Below the pieces are notes generated by a model, which saw only the letters and a list, made by a program, of their open reading frames with translations, was not told where the DNA came from and ran no database searches. Source: Camelus dromedarius (taxonomy: Eukaryota). Taken from it: a stretch of DNA of 64,000 nucleotides. Each line of letters begins with the position of its first letter. Position 1 is the first letter of the stretch. The stretch lies in contig NC_087436.1 of NCBI RefSeq assembly GCF_036321535.1, positions 21,206,001 through 21,270,000 of the forward strand, read 5' to 3'. The position numbers were made by a program, and so were the translations under genes. Positions 27,771 through 39,715 of the stretch are shown here, one piece after another.

Positions 27771-28185
27771 ATCACCAAAGCCAAATATGGAAAACAGAAG
27801 AAAGTTACCAATTTTGTGACTTTCAGAGGAAGAAGCTATCACCCCTGGGTGGGGGAGTTGAGGGAAAGCCTTGTGGAATTAAGTTGGAACTTGAAGGTTA
27901 GAGAGAATAACGTTACCTACTCCCCAGTATTATGAGGATTAGGTAAGAGTCAATATAAAACACAGTGTCTCAGTAACTGTCAAATAGCTTCATAATTTAC
28001 AAGAACACACAGCTAAACTCATAGACCCAGGTTCAGAACTATTTCCTGACTTCCTGTAGCCTGCTCTTTCCAAGCTTTGTCTTGTTCTGACTGTTTAGAG
28101 TCCTTAATTCTTCAGTGCACTTGAGTTCCTTGGTCCTTCAGGCCCTCCATCTTTGGCCTCATCTCTTGACATTCAATTCTGCCTT

Positions 28186-28690
28186 TGTGACAACTAGCCT
28201 CTAAGATGCTCCCAGTGACCTTTGCTTCCTGGTATTCACATTCTTGTATGTCTCCTCCCACAATGAATCGGGGGTGGACTGGATGACCCATTAGAGCACA
28301 GCAGAGACGAGAGTGTGTGGTCTCCAAGCCTAGGTCACAAAAGGCATTGAAGCCTCTGCTTGGTCTCTGGGAACACTAGCTTTGGGGGAAGCCAGCCGCC
28401 ATGCCATGAGGACACTCTAGCAGCTCTGGAAGAAGCACAGGAAGAGGAACACAGGCCTCCTGCCAATTGCCATCCTGCCTGCCACGTGGGTGAACCTCCT
28501 TGGAAGCAGATCTTTCCTCTCAAGAGGACTGCAGTTTCAAGTGATTTGATTTCCTTTCATAGAAACTGAGCCAGAATTGCCTAGCCAAGACACTCCTGAA
28601 CTTCTGATCATGCAAACTATGAGACTAGAGGATGATTAGTTTTTTTAAAGCCAAAACATTTTGGTTCGTTACACAGCATTCAGTAACAGA
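28186..28690 (+). mobile_element. MaLR solo LTR (MLT1E/F-like)
   Basis: gcctctaagatgctcccagtgacc...ggggaagccagccgccatg...ctgagccagaattgcctagccaag. Confidence 0.75.
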
Positions 28691-29694
28691 TGTAATATTT
28701 ACAACCTTCCAACTAACACACAGTTCTCCACATTCTGCCTCTTTTCTTTTTCACACCCCTCTTCTCAGAAGACTAATAAATAGCAAACTAATAAATTGTT
28801 CATATTGTTCTTTCAGATGCCCTCCCTCCTTTTTCCTTCTTGCCAACCCTCCAAAGCCCTTCTCAATCTCCATCTCTATGAAGCTCTTCTTGACTGCTAT
28901 CCTTTGATGGTCTTTGCCTCAGCACCTCATTGTTGGTCCCATATCATTATTTATGGTCCCATATCATCAATTCACACATACTAACTTGTCAAGATAAAGC
29001 TGGTGTAGATTTCCTCTGTTTCCCACAGCACCTAGCATAGTCCTACATATGTAGCAAATACTCTAGTAAAGTGACTTTAATTTTTAATGAGCTGTCATCC
29101 AGTAGACTCAAACTGGGACAACAGTACTTTCTTCTTAGTCTGAATTCCGAAGTCATTGCTTTATTTAAGGATTGGAATAAGCATCTTTCAGACTCATTGT
29201 TTTTTTACAAAGTTGATTAAAAAATAGTTTTAGAAGTACATAGGGTGTATGTGCTACAAAAAAAACCCCAGAAATATAAAGCAGAGATAATTAAATACAT
29301 ATATTAAAGTCATAGTATTTGACAAGGGTCAAGACTACAACCCAAGCATAGCAAATGGAATATTGTTCTTAATAGATCTTGTATGCCACCCAGCAAGAAG
29401 CCAACAATCTTTCTGTTCCTCTTTGCATACTGCTTTTCCTCCTTGGAGATGCTAATTTAATGGTTCCTGAAAGACAAAAATTTATGGCCTATAGAAGTGG
29501 AAATCTGTTTCACTGTAAGTAAATGGCTTCAGAAATTCATCAACACTTTAATTTTAGAAGAAAATATTTTTGGGGTAAAGGCTGCCAATGGATTCAAATT
29601 GGACCTGTAATTTACATTTCAAATTAAACCTCAAAATCATTGCTTGCTTTATATATGTATACATACACATAAATAACTCAGAATAATGAATTAA

Positions 29695-30135
29695 CAGGCT
29701 CTCTAGAGAAAGAATCTATCTTTCCATCCATCCATCCATCTCTGTATGTATCTATTTATCTATCAAAATAGAGCCAGTAGAATCTATCCATCTATCCACC
29801 TAGCCATCCATTGGAGAGATTTATTTTAAGGAATTGGCCCACACACTTGTAGGGGTTGGCAAAGTTGAAATTTGTAGGGCAGGCTGGAAATTCACAAAGG
29901 ACTTGTATGTTATGGTCTTGAGGCAAAATTCCTTCTTCATGGGAAACTTCAGTTTTTGCTTTGAAGGCCTTCAACTGGTTGGATGAGGCCCATCCACGCT
30001 AAGAAGGGTGATAAGCTTTACTTACGGTAATGTTAGTCACATCTACAAAATATCTTCACAGCAACATCTATACTAGCGTTTGATCAAACACATGGGCACC
30101 ACAGCCTAGCCAAGTTGACACATTAACCATCATGA
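29695..30135 (-). mobile_element. MLT2-like ERVL LTR with (CCAT)n simple repeat
   Basis: gagatttattttaaggaattggc...cctagccaagttgacacattaaccatca. Confidence 0.75.
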
Positions 30136-30354
30136 TACTGTATTTGAGAAAGTGGGCTTTTAAAACATTTGTTTTTTTTCTTTTTTGTACCATCATATGT
30201 TGTCCCACACACTGAGTACTCCAAATGTTCTAGGTACCACATAGATCACAAAATCAGAGACACACAGAGGTACGAGTGAATCACCAACATAACCATGATT
30301 AACAGTAATAAAAGCCTGTCTAATGAATTATAGAAACAAACTTTAGAAGCTTGA

Positions 30355-33300
30355 TTTTCTATAGGTGTTAACTTATTTTATTAAAAAATAACTTCATATA
30401 ATTTAAAGGAGGGAACCTAAGAGGGGAATGTTACTCATCACCACAGTTAACAAAATGCCTTTCACTATTGACTCAGCTTTTAAATATTCAATAACACACA
30501 TTCACAGAATTGCCAAATTATTCTCCATTAAACTTTCTAATAAAACTGTAATTCAAAATTGGTATCAGAGAAAGCAGCTTATTTTTCCCCCCAAAGAAGT
30601 TACCTGCACATATCCAGAGGTTTCACATTTACAGGGTGGCAGAAAGATGGGTGGGGGGAGAATGACCTCAAAGGCGATCACGTCACCCTCCCCAAACCTC
30701 CCAAAGATGATCTACTGACAGAGCCAGAGCTGCAAAGTGCTGCACTGGGAGGGCCAAATGACTGACCAAGGGTAATTCTTGGGGTTTTATGAAGCACTGG
30801 AGTTGTCTGAAAACTCTCATAGACATGAAAAAGCCCAGCTAAGCCATGTTTTATGTATCAAACGAATTTTCTGACGGTAAAGGTTGCACACGGGCCAGTA
30901 CTTACCAGCCTTTTACTCAATACCTCACTAGTGGCGCTGGCTAGGTGAAGAAATAATGGGTGGACGCATGGGCAGTGGTCTCAGAAGCCTCTCCTGTTTA
31001 GTTAGAGCATGACTATTATGTGCTAGCATGAGTTAGTGGGGTCCTCACTGCAGAAAACATCCCTATAGGAGTAGGACTGGGAAGTACAGTGAACGGCAGA
31101 ATTTGGTTTTTGATTTAGACACAGACTCTAAGGAAGGGTTGGAAACATAAATTTCTACATCCTTATTTGTTCACAGTTTTAGTATCCAAATTGACTACTT
31201 ACGGTCTTGAAACCAAATTGTTTGAAAAGTTTTATTTGGTAGCAGGAAATATCTACAATTAGATCTTTACAAAAGAAGATGGGTAAGAGGGGAGAAATAA
31301 ATTTATACATAAGAGTTTGCTGTTGAAATCTGGGGTGATTATCAACAATCGATTTAGGTTACAAGAACTCACACAAAGCCATGTCTTCTTACCTAAAAGA
31401 AGCAAGAAGCTATGTTACTCCCTTGACCAAACAGTCCGTGGAAACTCATAATATACATTATACTGAACCTAAAGAAAGCTAAGTCTATGGAAGACAAACT
31501 AAATTATTTCAAGCTGTAGTAATACAGAAACATATTTAGTCAGATTTAAAACCAATCATCTCAACAACCTGACAACTGATTTTTCATCATAACAAGTCTG
31601 TGATGTCTACAACATTCATTGGCTTTTTATCTCATGGTTGGCAGTATTTTAAATTACATATAGGTCTATATATAACATACTAGATGTTATTGATGATAAT
31701 TGTTGTCCTGGGATATGTCCCCCTCTCTCTGTATCCCCCTGATTTGGTCATGTTACGTCAATCCTGTTATGAACCCGATTGCTTATCTAACAACGGAGGA
31801 CAAGACCTACCACAATGACCCAAAGATAGGAATAAAAAAAACTGGCCCACCTCGTTTCTAAAAATTTAAAGGCTAATATTTTTTAATTTTTAAAAGGATA
31901 TTTCATTCAAAATACTAATAACAATACTTTCAATGGGCCAAATAAAGAAGCACTAAGAATGTTTGGGAATATCCAAGAATTACGTCCATAGCATAGTGTA
32001 CAGGTGTAACGTAGTTAACAGCTGAACAAAACATAAAAAAAAAATACTATTTTGGCTAAAGGGGGAAAGCAGACAACTTCTCACTAGTAGAGAAAGAAAA
32101 ACAAACACTGGTGTTCAATTTCCAGACTGAATGAATTTATGAATACAGCGATTATGACCTCCCATTAATTAAAGAGTCCAGAGGGAACTACGACTCATGA
32201 CATTAATGTACAAGGATGGCAGCATTTCTATACCAAATTAAATTCAGTCTACGATTAAATACAATGCTATATATACATACAGACACTCATAGTACCTTTA
32301 TGTTACTCTCTAAAATGCTCACAGTAGCTTATATGGTATTGATAAAAATAAAGATGCAAATGTATAAACTAGAGTGTAGATAAAAACCACTTTTATAGCT
32401 TACTAAGTGTTACCATCTGTGGATTAAATAGCTTATATTATTCAAGTCTGAATTTTGATTTTTTGAAAGCAGAGCTGTGCTTTGGTATTCAAACTTCCAT
32501 AAAATTGTACAGTTTTTCAAAATAAGGAATCAAACGTGGGAGAAAAAGACTTCTGATTTATAACGTTAACTGTCATATGGTTAACCAGTGGTTTTCAACC
32601 CATGCCTGGCCAAAACTGAGCTTCCTGAAGGCGATTAAGGGTATTCAAAAAAGTTGGATTCAAATTTTGTTTTTATAAAAGAATGTAGTTTAAAAACTTA
32701 ATAGAAATGCACATCCAGATGAGTATTACCATACTGGAGACTGTGTATGTATAAACTCCCACTAACACGATAATTCATTTTTGTATAAACCTGGGAATAC
32801 AACTTCGGCTATCTCTAGGTAAAGAATCTCCTGAAATGTGTGCTTATAACCTGTTATTATTTGTACTTACTTATGTTTGTGTGAATCAAAATTCTCTTGA
32901 AGAGTATGCAAATGAAATGAAGGCATAGAAACAAACAGACTGGCTGCTGCGGGTTTTACCCACGATCTATAACCCCGATTTCACATTTGTGTCATTTAGA
33001 AATCTTATTCTTAGCAATGGACTAAGTAAATATAAATGTGGACTCAAAATACAGCTACACTGATAAAATGGAACTTTCAGGCTTTATGTGTTGGGGTGAC
33101 ACAAAAGTTTACTTAAAAAAGATTCTAGTGCTAAAAAATGTTTGGAAGAGACTGCTCCGTAAGAGACTGCCTTGTAATTTAATCTGTCAATGCAATGTTC
33201 AGTGCGATTTAGTTTAGCAAACTGCTTAATGCACTTGAGTTCTTAAATCACTCTGCATGATGGGAAGATGTCTACAAATAAGAATGGTGCAGGTCTTCAA

Positions 33301-35411
33301 AAATGGTGAGTATTTTGTAAAAAAAATTAAGGAAAAATTATACTAAAAAATTCATCTTTGCCTTAGACTCTTCTGATAGGCAGTTATAAAACAAGATTTC
33401 TGTTTTTGAATTCATATTATATTTATTGTGTCCCAAATCTCAAAATACGTTCATCTTCCACGTAACACAATTTAGTATCTTCACACACCAACTGTGTGGT
33501 GTGTTTTGATAGTTTAGGCACATTTTGATGCTTCTGGATTTTATTTTGTGGTTTCATTATAAAACAGCTTGCACACACCAGACTCCAACAATCTTTTTTA
33601 TTTAAAAATCCACCTCAAAATTCAGTTCTGGGTTTTAGTTTTGGTTTAAAAAGAAGCAAACATTTAAAAACATCAAATGTTACTAGTCTACAATTCATCT
33701 TGTTCTGAACATTTTTAGTTCATAGAAGGGACATAAACCCATTACACTGAGTAGGCACAGCACTCCGGCCAGGCAGCCAGAAATCAGGGCACATCTATGT
33801 ACTCAGGCAACAGAGGTCAGGATGGAGGGAGATGGGCCTCAGCTGTGGGCACTCCTATTTCTATGCTCCCTCCAAAACCTGTTAGTAAGTCTCAAATCAA
33901 TACATAAGAGATTGTATGTAACTTGGTTAAAAAACAAACAATTATACCTGCTTTCTAAATTACACTGCAAAGCCAAGACAGATAAGTACAATTGTAGCCT
34001 CACTAGATATAATTTGTGGTTGTGATATCCATGTCACAGGCCCTTGTTGTATAGGTGAGACAGAATCAGATGGTTTCAGGAATCTGGTTGGAAGAGGTCC
34101 ATGACTATAAGATTTCACATTATAGCAAGGCTCCAATATTTCTTGAATCGGGGCAGTGAATATAAATCACAGTACAAAATCCTTAATTCTTTTACTGGAA
34201 AAGCAATAGTTGCTACATGAGAATTACTTACATAACATCTACTTTTTTTAAAAAACTGCAGATAAAAAATATTAATTGCATAGGGATTTAAATAGTATAA
34301 GGCCAAGAAGAATATTAAGTAAAGTTAAAAAAAATCATAGAAAGGGCACTATGGTGTCAAAAGATAGAATTTCATTCTTAGAGTAATAAATCTGAATTAC
34401 TGTCTAATTAAAAATCACAGTATGTTGCTATAACTAACAGTGAATGTCAACTGTGTCATTAACTCCAAACTGGAAACCAAAATTAGAGGACTAACAAGAA
34501 CACCACTAATGCTAGTTTTCTAAACCTGATCAGTGTATGAGCACATCAGTGCCTGGTACGTACCTGATTAGTTACATAATCTACACTTGGCAAGTAGAGT
34601 TTAATACATGTTAACAAGTGTGAGAGCTCCCCACCACCACCACCACATGCTGTCAGTGATCTGTAAGCTTACTTGATAGTGTAATTATTCACTCTTTCCA
34701 AGGTGTAAGATCCCGCCCTCACTCCGGGGAGAATCTTCATTCAATGAACCCAAACACTGTAATTAACAAAACAGAATAAGGTTCCACCACTGAAAGCTCA
34801 ATGTACACGAAGCAGAGAACTAAGTCCTGACACCAGTACATACATGATGCTCAGCACTTTGGAAGGTAACGAATGAGTCCAACTGTGCTCTGTAGTTTAA
34901 GCTAACGGTTACCATGTGAAGTTTCAGGTAGAAAGGCAGGTTGTGAATTTACTTCGCATTGTAATGTTGTTATACTGCGGTTTAAAGAGTAATTTCCAAA
35001 TCTAAAAGTAGCTTAGTTAACTTGGTATAGTTCTTAGAGTAGAGTGAGGAAGAACAAGAAACCCCAAAGGAATCATGTTAAGGTCCATTTGGAAATACCC
35101 AAACCAATGCTTTAAATGAAAAAGTGCATAAATACAGTAATACTACAAGTGTGTTAACTATGGAACAAATGTTTCTCTGGGAACCAAACAACACTATTTT
35201 CCCACACTATGTACACGTGATGAATTGTTCAGCCACCACAAAGCACCATGGACAGTCTAGATTGCTTGATTATGTCTGGAAGGTCCTTTGACTTAGACTC
35301 TACTCAGCGGAGGATCTACCTACAGTAGCTGTGTCAGGTCATCTCCGGGCAAACAGGATTTCTCTTGACAGTTCAGCCCTCTTTTGCTCAGGAAACAGCA
35401 AAGCGGTACTT
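30355..35411 (-). other. GAB1: GAB1 3'UTR; distal end inferred
   Basis: AU-rich, largely repeat-poor sequence after the stop codon. Minus-strand AATAAA occurs at 30377-30382, at 31231-31236 and near 33597. Confidence 0.6.
32586..33155. mobile_element. Probable ancient hAT/Charlie-type DNA transposon remnant in the GAB1 3'UTR
   Basis: Termini cagtggttttcaac... and ...tttggaagagactg form an imperfect hAT-like TIR. Confidence 0.4.
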
Positions 35412-35570
35412 TCATTTCACATTCTTGGTTGGTGTTTCAGACTCCGTGGACTGCCTCCCATCCGTCCAGGCCTCCCGGGTGCTCTTCAGAGCCAGGGTCT
35501 TCTGCTGGTCAACCACGACATAGTCCACTCTCTCGTCCGCAACACTGCTGCCTGAGCCGCTGCTCTTTTG
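35412..35570 (-). CDS. GAB1: GAB1 last coding exon (exon 11)
   Basis: Acceptor ttttttag|CAA. 159 nt encoding [52 protein letters not shown], including the SHP2-binding YVVV motif. Confidence 0.96.
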   Translation of the reverse strand, partial: QKSSGSGSSVADERVDYVVVDQQKTLALKSTREAWTDGRQSTESETPTKNVK

Positions 35571-35844
35571 CTAAAAAAGCGAAGAAAACCCCCCATAAAC
35601 TCCCACATAAGAAGGAGCACTTCTGAGTGAAATCCCATCTTAAAACAGAGACACACATGCTGTAAATAACTCTTGAAATTCTATTTGGTCACGAAAAAAC
35701 AACATTAACTATTTCCATTTAACAATATTGTCACCCTCCTAATTGGACTCTGTTTTTCCCTTAAATTAATACTACTTTATTTAAGAATTCAAACTAATGC
35801 TCCCATCACAGATGAAATCCTTTCAAAATTTTTTTAATTAATCT

Positions 35845-35935
35845 TTTTTTTTTAATGGAGGTACTGGGGACTGAACCCAGGACCTTGTGCATGCTAGCTA
35901 AGCATGTGCTCTGCCACTGAGCTATTACTCTCCCC
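35845..35935 (-). mobile_element. tRNA-derived SINE (Vic-1-like), short form
   Basis: aatggaggtactggggactgaacccaggaccttgtgcatgc...ccactgagctat, preceded by poly(T). Confidence 0.85.
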
Positions 35936-36399
35936 TGAAATTCTTGGGAAAAAGGGAGAACAGACACTTGGTTCATCTTAGCTTGCTTCCTTAGCCTTTA
36001 ACTTAAGCTTGACTTTTTCAAGTCCCGAGGATACGTATCAGTGTTCACTTTCAGACCTAAGAAATGTTTTTTGAAAAGGAGTATTTCAAGAATGGCAAAT
36101 TGCCCAGGTTGATGGGCCTCTTACTCCTAAAAGACAACGAGATACTAGCTAACTTAAAACAAATGTAATTACTAATACATTACTGGGCTCACTAGAAATT
36201 AAGGGACATGACCAAAGTGTGAGGGAACTGGAGGGAACAGAGAGCTGCTGAAGGGTCAAGACAGTTGTCTGTAGGATGAACATCAATCTGAGCAGTGCAG
36301 TCAGGACGCCCTGGTGGGAGGCACATGGAATCGGAAATCTTTCTACTAGGCTAGGGACCATCAAAGGGAACTGAAGTGGTCCCATGGTGGTAGAATCAC

Positions 36400-37790
36400 C
36401 TGCTTCCTAGCAGAAGCGAATACAAACTCTTTTTGAAGGAAATTTAGTTCTGCAGGCTGCTCACAGATAAGCTCAGCAGAATCAATTCTCAATAAAAATA
36501 CAAGAAACACGCAAGGAAACAAGCCATCAAGCATGTGAGTTTGCAGAAACAGTAAACACAGATACAGACCACCAAGGTCTTCAGATGTTGAAATTATTGC
36601 ATAAATGGTGTAAAATATGAGTATAAAATGTTTAAAGGAATGAAAAAATAAAACTTAATAAAAGGAATAGGGTAACAAGAAAGGAATAAGAAGTTATTCA
36701 AATCAGCTAGGTGTACTGGGGAAAAAAAACCAAGCAGAATGTCATGTTAGCAATGAAAAATAAAATTAGTTGAAATTAAAAATTAAACACATGGGTTAAG
36801 CAGAAGAACTTGGGGACAGATCTAAAGAAATTATCCAAGTAAGCATAAAGACACGATAAAATAGAAAATATGAAAAGTGGCAAAAGGTGTGAAAACAGGT
36901 TGAGAAGTTCTAACTAATGTCTAATCAGAAACCTCAAAGAATGAAGAAAAAGAATAGCGGAAAAACAATATTTACAGAGATAATGATTGAGACTTTGCCA
37001 GAATTGATAAAAAATATGAATCCAGAGATAAAGACAACACATCTACCAAGCAGGATAAACAAAGAAAAAAATCTATGTCTAGATGTCTAGACACAGTATA
37101 GCAAACCTGCAGAACACGGAAGATTCAGAAAAGATCTTAACATCAGCCAGACTGAAAAGACAAGATTACCTACAAAGGAACTGGAATTAGACTGACAGCA
37201 TACTTTTCAACAGGAACAACGGAAGCCAGATGATAGTAAACAGTATCTCCTATGTGTCCAGAGAAACTTACTGTCAATCAAGAATTGTGACCTCAAAACA
37301 AAAAAGCAAAAAACAAACCCCAAAGCAAACAAACAAATAAAAAACAAAACCAAGAAACCCACAAAAGTTCTTTTTCAAGAATGAGGACAAAATAAAGACA
37401 CTTCAGTTAAACAAAAACCACAAGAATTTACTATTAACAAGATTTTCACAAAAAGAACTTCTAAAGGAAGGAGGAAGGAAAATTAGAGAAGGAAGGTCTT
37501 AGATACAAAAAGGAAGGATAAAAAAGTTGGTAAAAATGTAGGAAAATGGAAATAAACATTGTCTATGTACTATAGGATACTACTACTAGTAATTTATGGG
37601 TTTAACAGTAACAACAACAAAAAACTAAAATTTTGGACAAAAATAGCAAGTAAGTCAGACAGGGATTAAACTGAGCTAACATCAGAAAGGGAGTGAAGAC
37701 AACAATTAACTTTGGAACTTTAGAATTTATTTAGCATTTCAATGGTAACCATTAAAAGAGTAGAAAATGTATAACGTCCGTACCATTAGA
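36400..37790 (+). mobile_element. Old L1 (ORF1 region) in GAB1 intron 10, antisense to the gene
   Basis: A-rich, with attacctacaaaggaactggaattagactgacagcatacttttcaacaggaacaacggaagccaga typical of L1 ORF1. Confidence 0.75.
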
Positions 37791-37964
37791 AATGAAAAAA
37801 ATAAATTTATCAGTCTGCATAATGTTGTCTGTGATTTATGAAAAAAGCATAAAGACTTTATTAAACTTAAATTAAACATACTAATAAAATTCCCCCAAAG
37901 CAGATGCGATTCTTCAGGTTTCAAATGTGAACTAAGTGTACTTACAGAACGAGGCTTCACTTAC

Positions 37965-38087
37965 CTTGCGTGGTGGTGTGGATTTCCCAGAATCTAAATC
38001 TAGATCTAGGTACTCTACTTGTTTGTCTCCTTTGGGTTTGATCATTGGGCTGCTTCCTCCATCCAGGCTATTACTGCCAAAAAGATT
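37965..38087 (-). CDS. GAB1: GAB1 exon 10
   Basis: cag|AAT...AAG|gtaagt. 123 nt encoding [41 protein letters not shown], including the SHP2-binding YLDL motif. Confidence 0.96.
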
Positions 38088-39628
38088 CTGAAAGTGTAAC
38101 ACAACAGAATCAACCGTCCAACATTCGTAAGACATACCGCTTGTTACCTAGTTTGCCATCTGCTGAAGCCTAAATATTAATTTCAGGAGGACGAAGGTTG
38201 AAGAAGTGTCTCCTTAGAAAGTTAAACGATTTTTTAGGATTGGGGAAAAATAACTAATAGTTTTAAAACTGGTTAGAACATCAATTAGAGTAAGCTAACA
38301 GTAGTTTGAAAAGTAAGACTTGGTTCAGGCTAAGACTGGGACATCCAGCTACAGTGACCTACAATAGTTCTCCTTCTACACTGGTAAAGTATCTGTACAC
38401 AATCACATTCTCTAAGTACCAGATCCTTATATCCCTCACTTTCAAATTCAATTTTTTTTAGGGTTCTACCAAGATGGTGGAGTAGAAAGACTCTGAGCTT
38501 ACCTTCTCTCAAATTAAACTTTTTAAAAAAGTTCTGTATTTTATTTAAAGACTTTCATGTGAAAATTAGTTTAGAATAAGCATGCTAACTAAAAGCTGGG
38601 AATACCGACTCAACTTGCAAAGTCTATTTTGTTTCAACCATCTGGAATTTTTATCACTTAATTTTCTGTCTTAGCCTTATCCCTTCTCTCCTAATAGGAA
38701 CTCTGCAAGAGGACTACTCACTAAGAAAAGAAAAAGAAACAAGGAAGAGCGAGGCAGCAATAAACAATAAGAACGAAATAAAGAAAAGACAACATGGACT
38801 TATGCCCCTACATACCGCCTAGACTCTGATTATGACAGTCTTCTAAATGTGCTCCAGCAAATCTCCTGTTTCCACACCTTGCTGTTTTTAACCTCACCTA
38901 GGAATGTTCCTGAACTCTCACAGGTGACACTACATATTTGTTAGGGGCTTTCATCCTTATGCCGTCTTTCACACAGGTATTATTGTTCACATGTTATCTC
39001 ATACTTTTGAAAATGAACTTGACAATTTTACACTTGTTAGGATGAACAACACAAGTAAGAAATGACACAAATCTGTTCTGTTGATTCTTTCCACTGCTAC
39101 TCCATTTCTTTTGGCTTAGGTTAACAGAGTAGGCTGTGGTTTAGGGCAAGGACAATTGCTAGGAAAACACTGAGTTTATTCCCTCATTTGAAAGCAGGGC
39201 TGCTGACAGCCTGCATGAAACATTTCTGTGAATTAGGAAAAGGTGCTCCTTCCCCGAGGGTGACACAGCTCTGTGCTGGGACCCACAGCCTGGTTAGCAG
39301 GACATGGTCTGGGTTGTATGTACTCAAACGCAGTATGTGTGTGGTCTTTTGCACGTACTACATACTGAACGTGACATGTTTGTGCAGTAGACAACCTGCA
39401 CAACTGAATCTGATGACCCTATCTGCAGGAACAGATTTTTAAATCAAATTTATCAACTATTGCTAACAAATCATAAAAAAAATACTGATGGTTACATGTA
39501 AGACAAAAAATGTAAGTAAGTTTTGGTGCTCAATTAGTACAAATTGCTATTCCTCTCCCTCCTTTTTTCTAATTCATGAAAAAACTGAAAATTTTTTTCA
39601 GCTCATTCTCACATAAAAAACCAACCTG

Positions 39629-39630
<2 letters not shown>

Positions 39631-39705
<75 letters not shown>

Positions 39706-39715
39706 TGTGTGTGTG
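39631..39715. repeat. (GT)n microsatellite, about 42 units with one interruption
   Basis: Directly visible. Confidence 0.98.

Noticed and set aside
33483..33504. 8-bp hairpin ACACACCA/TGGTGTGT in the 3'UTR
   Set aside because: Short and low-complexity, and expected by chance.
39030..39170. Acceptor-like ttttcctag in intron 9
   Set aside because: An in-frame TAA follows after five codons and there is no good downstream donor.
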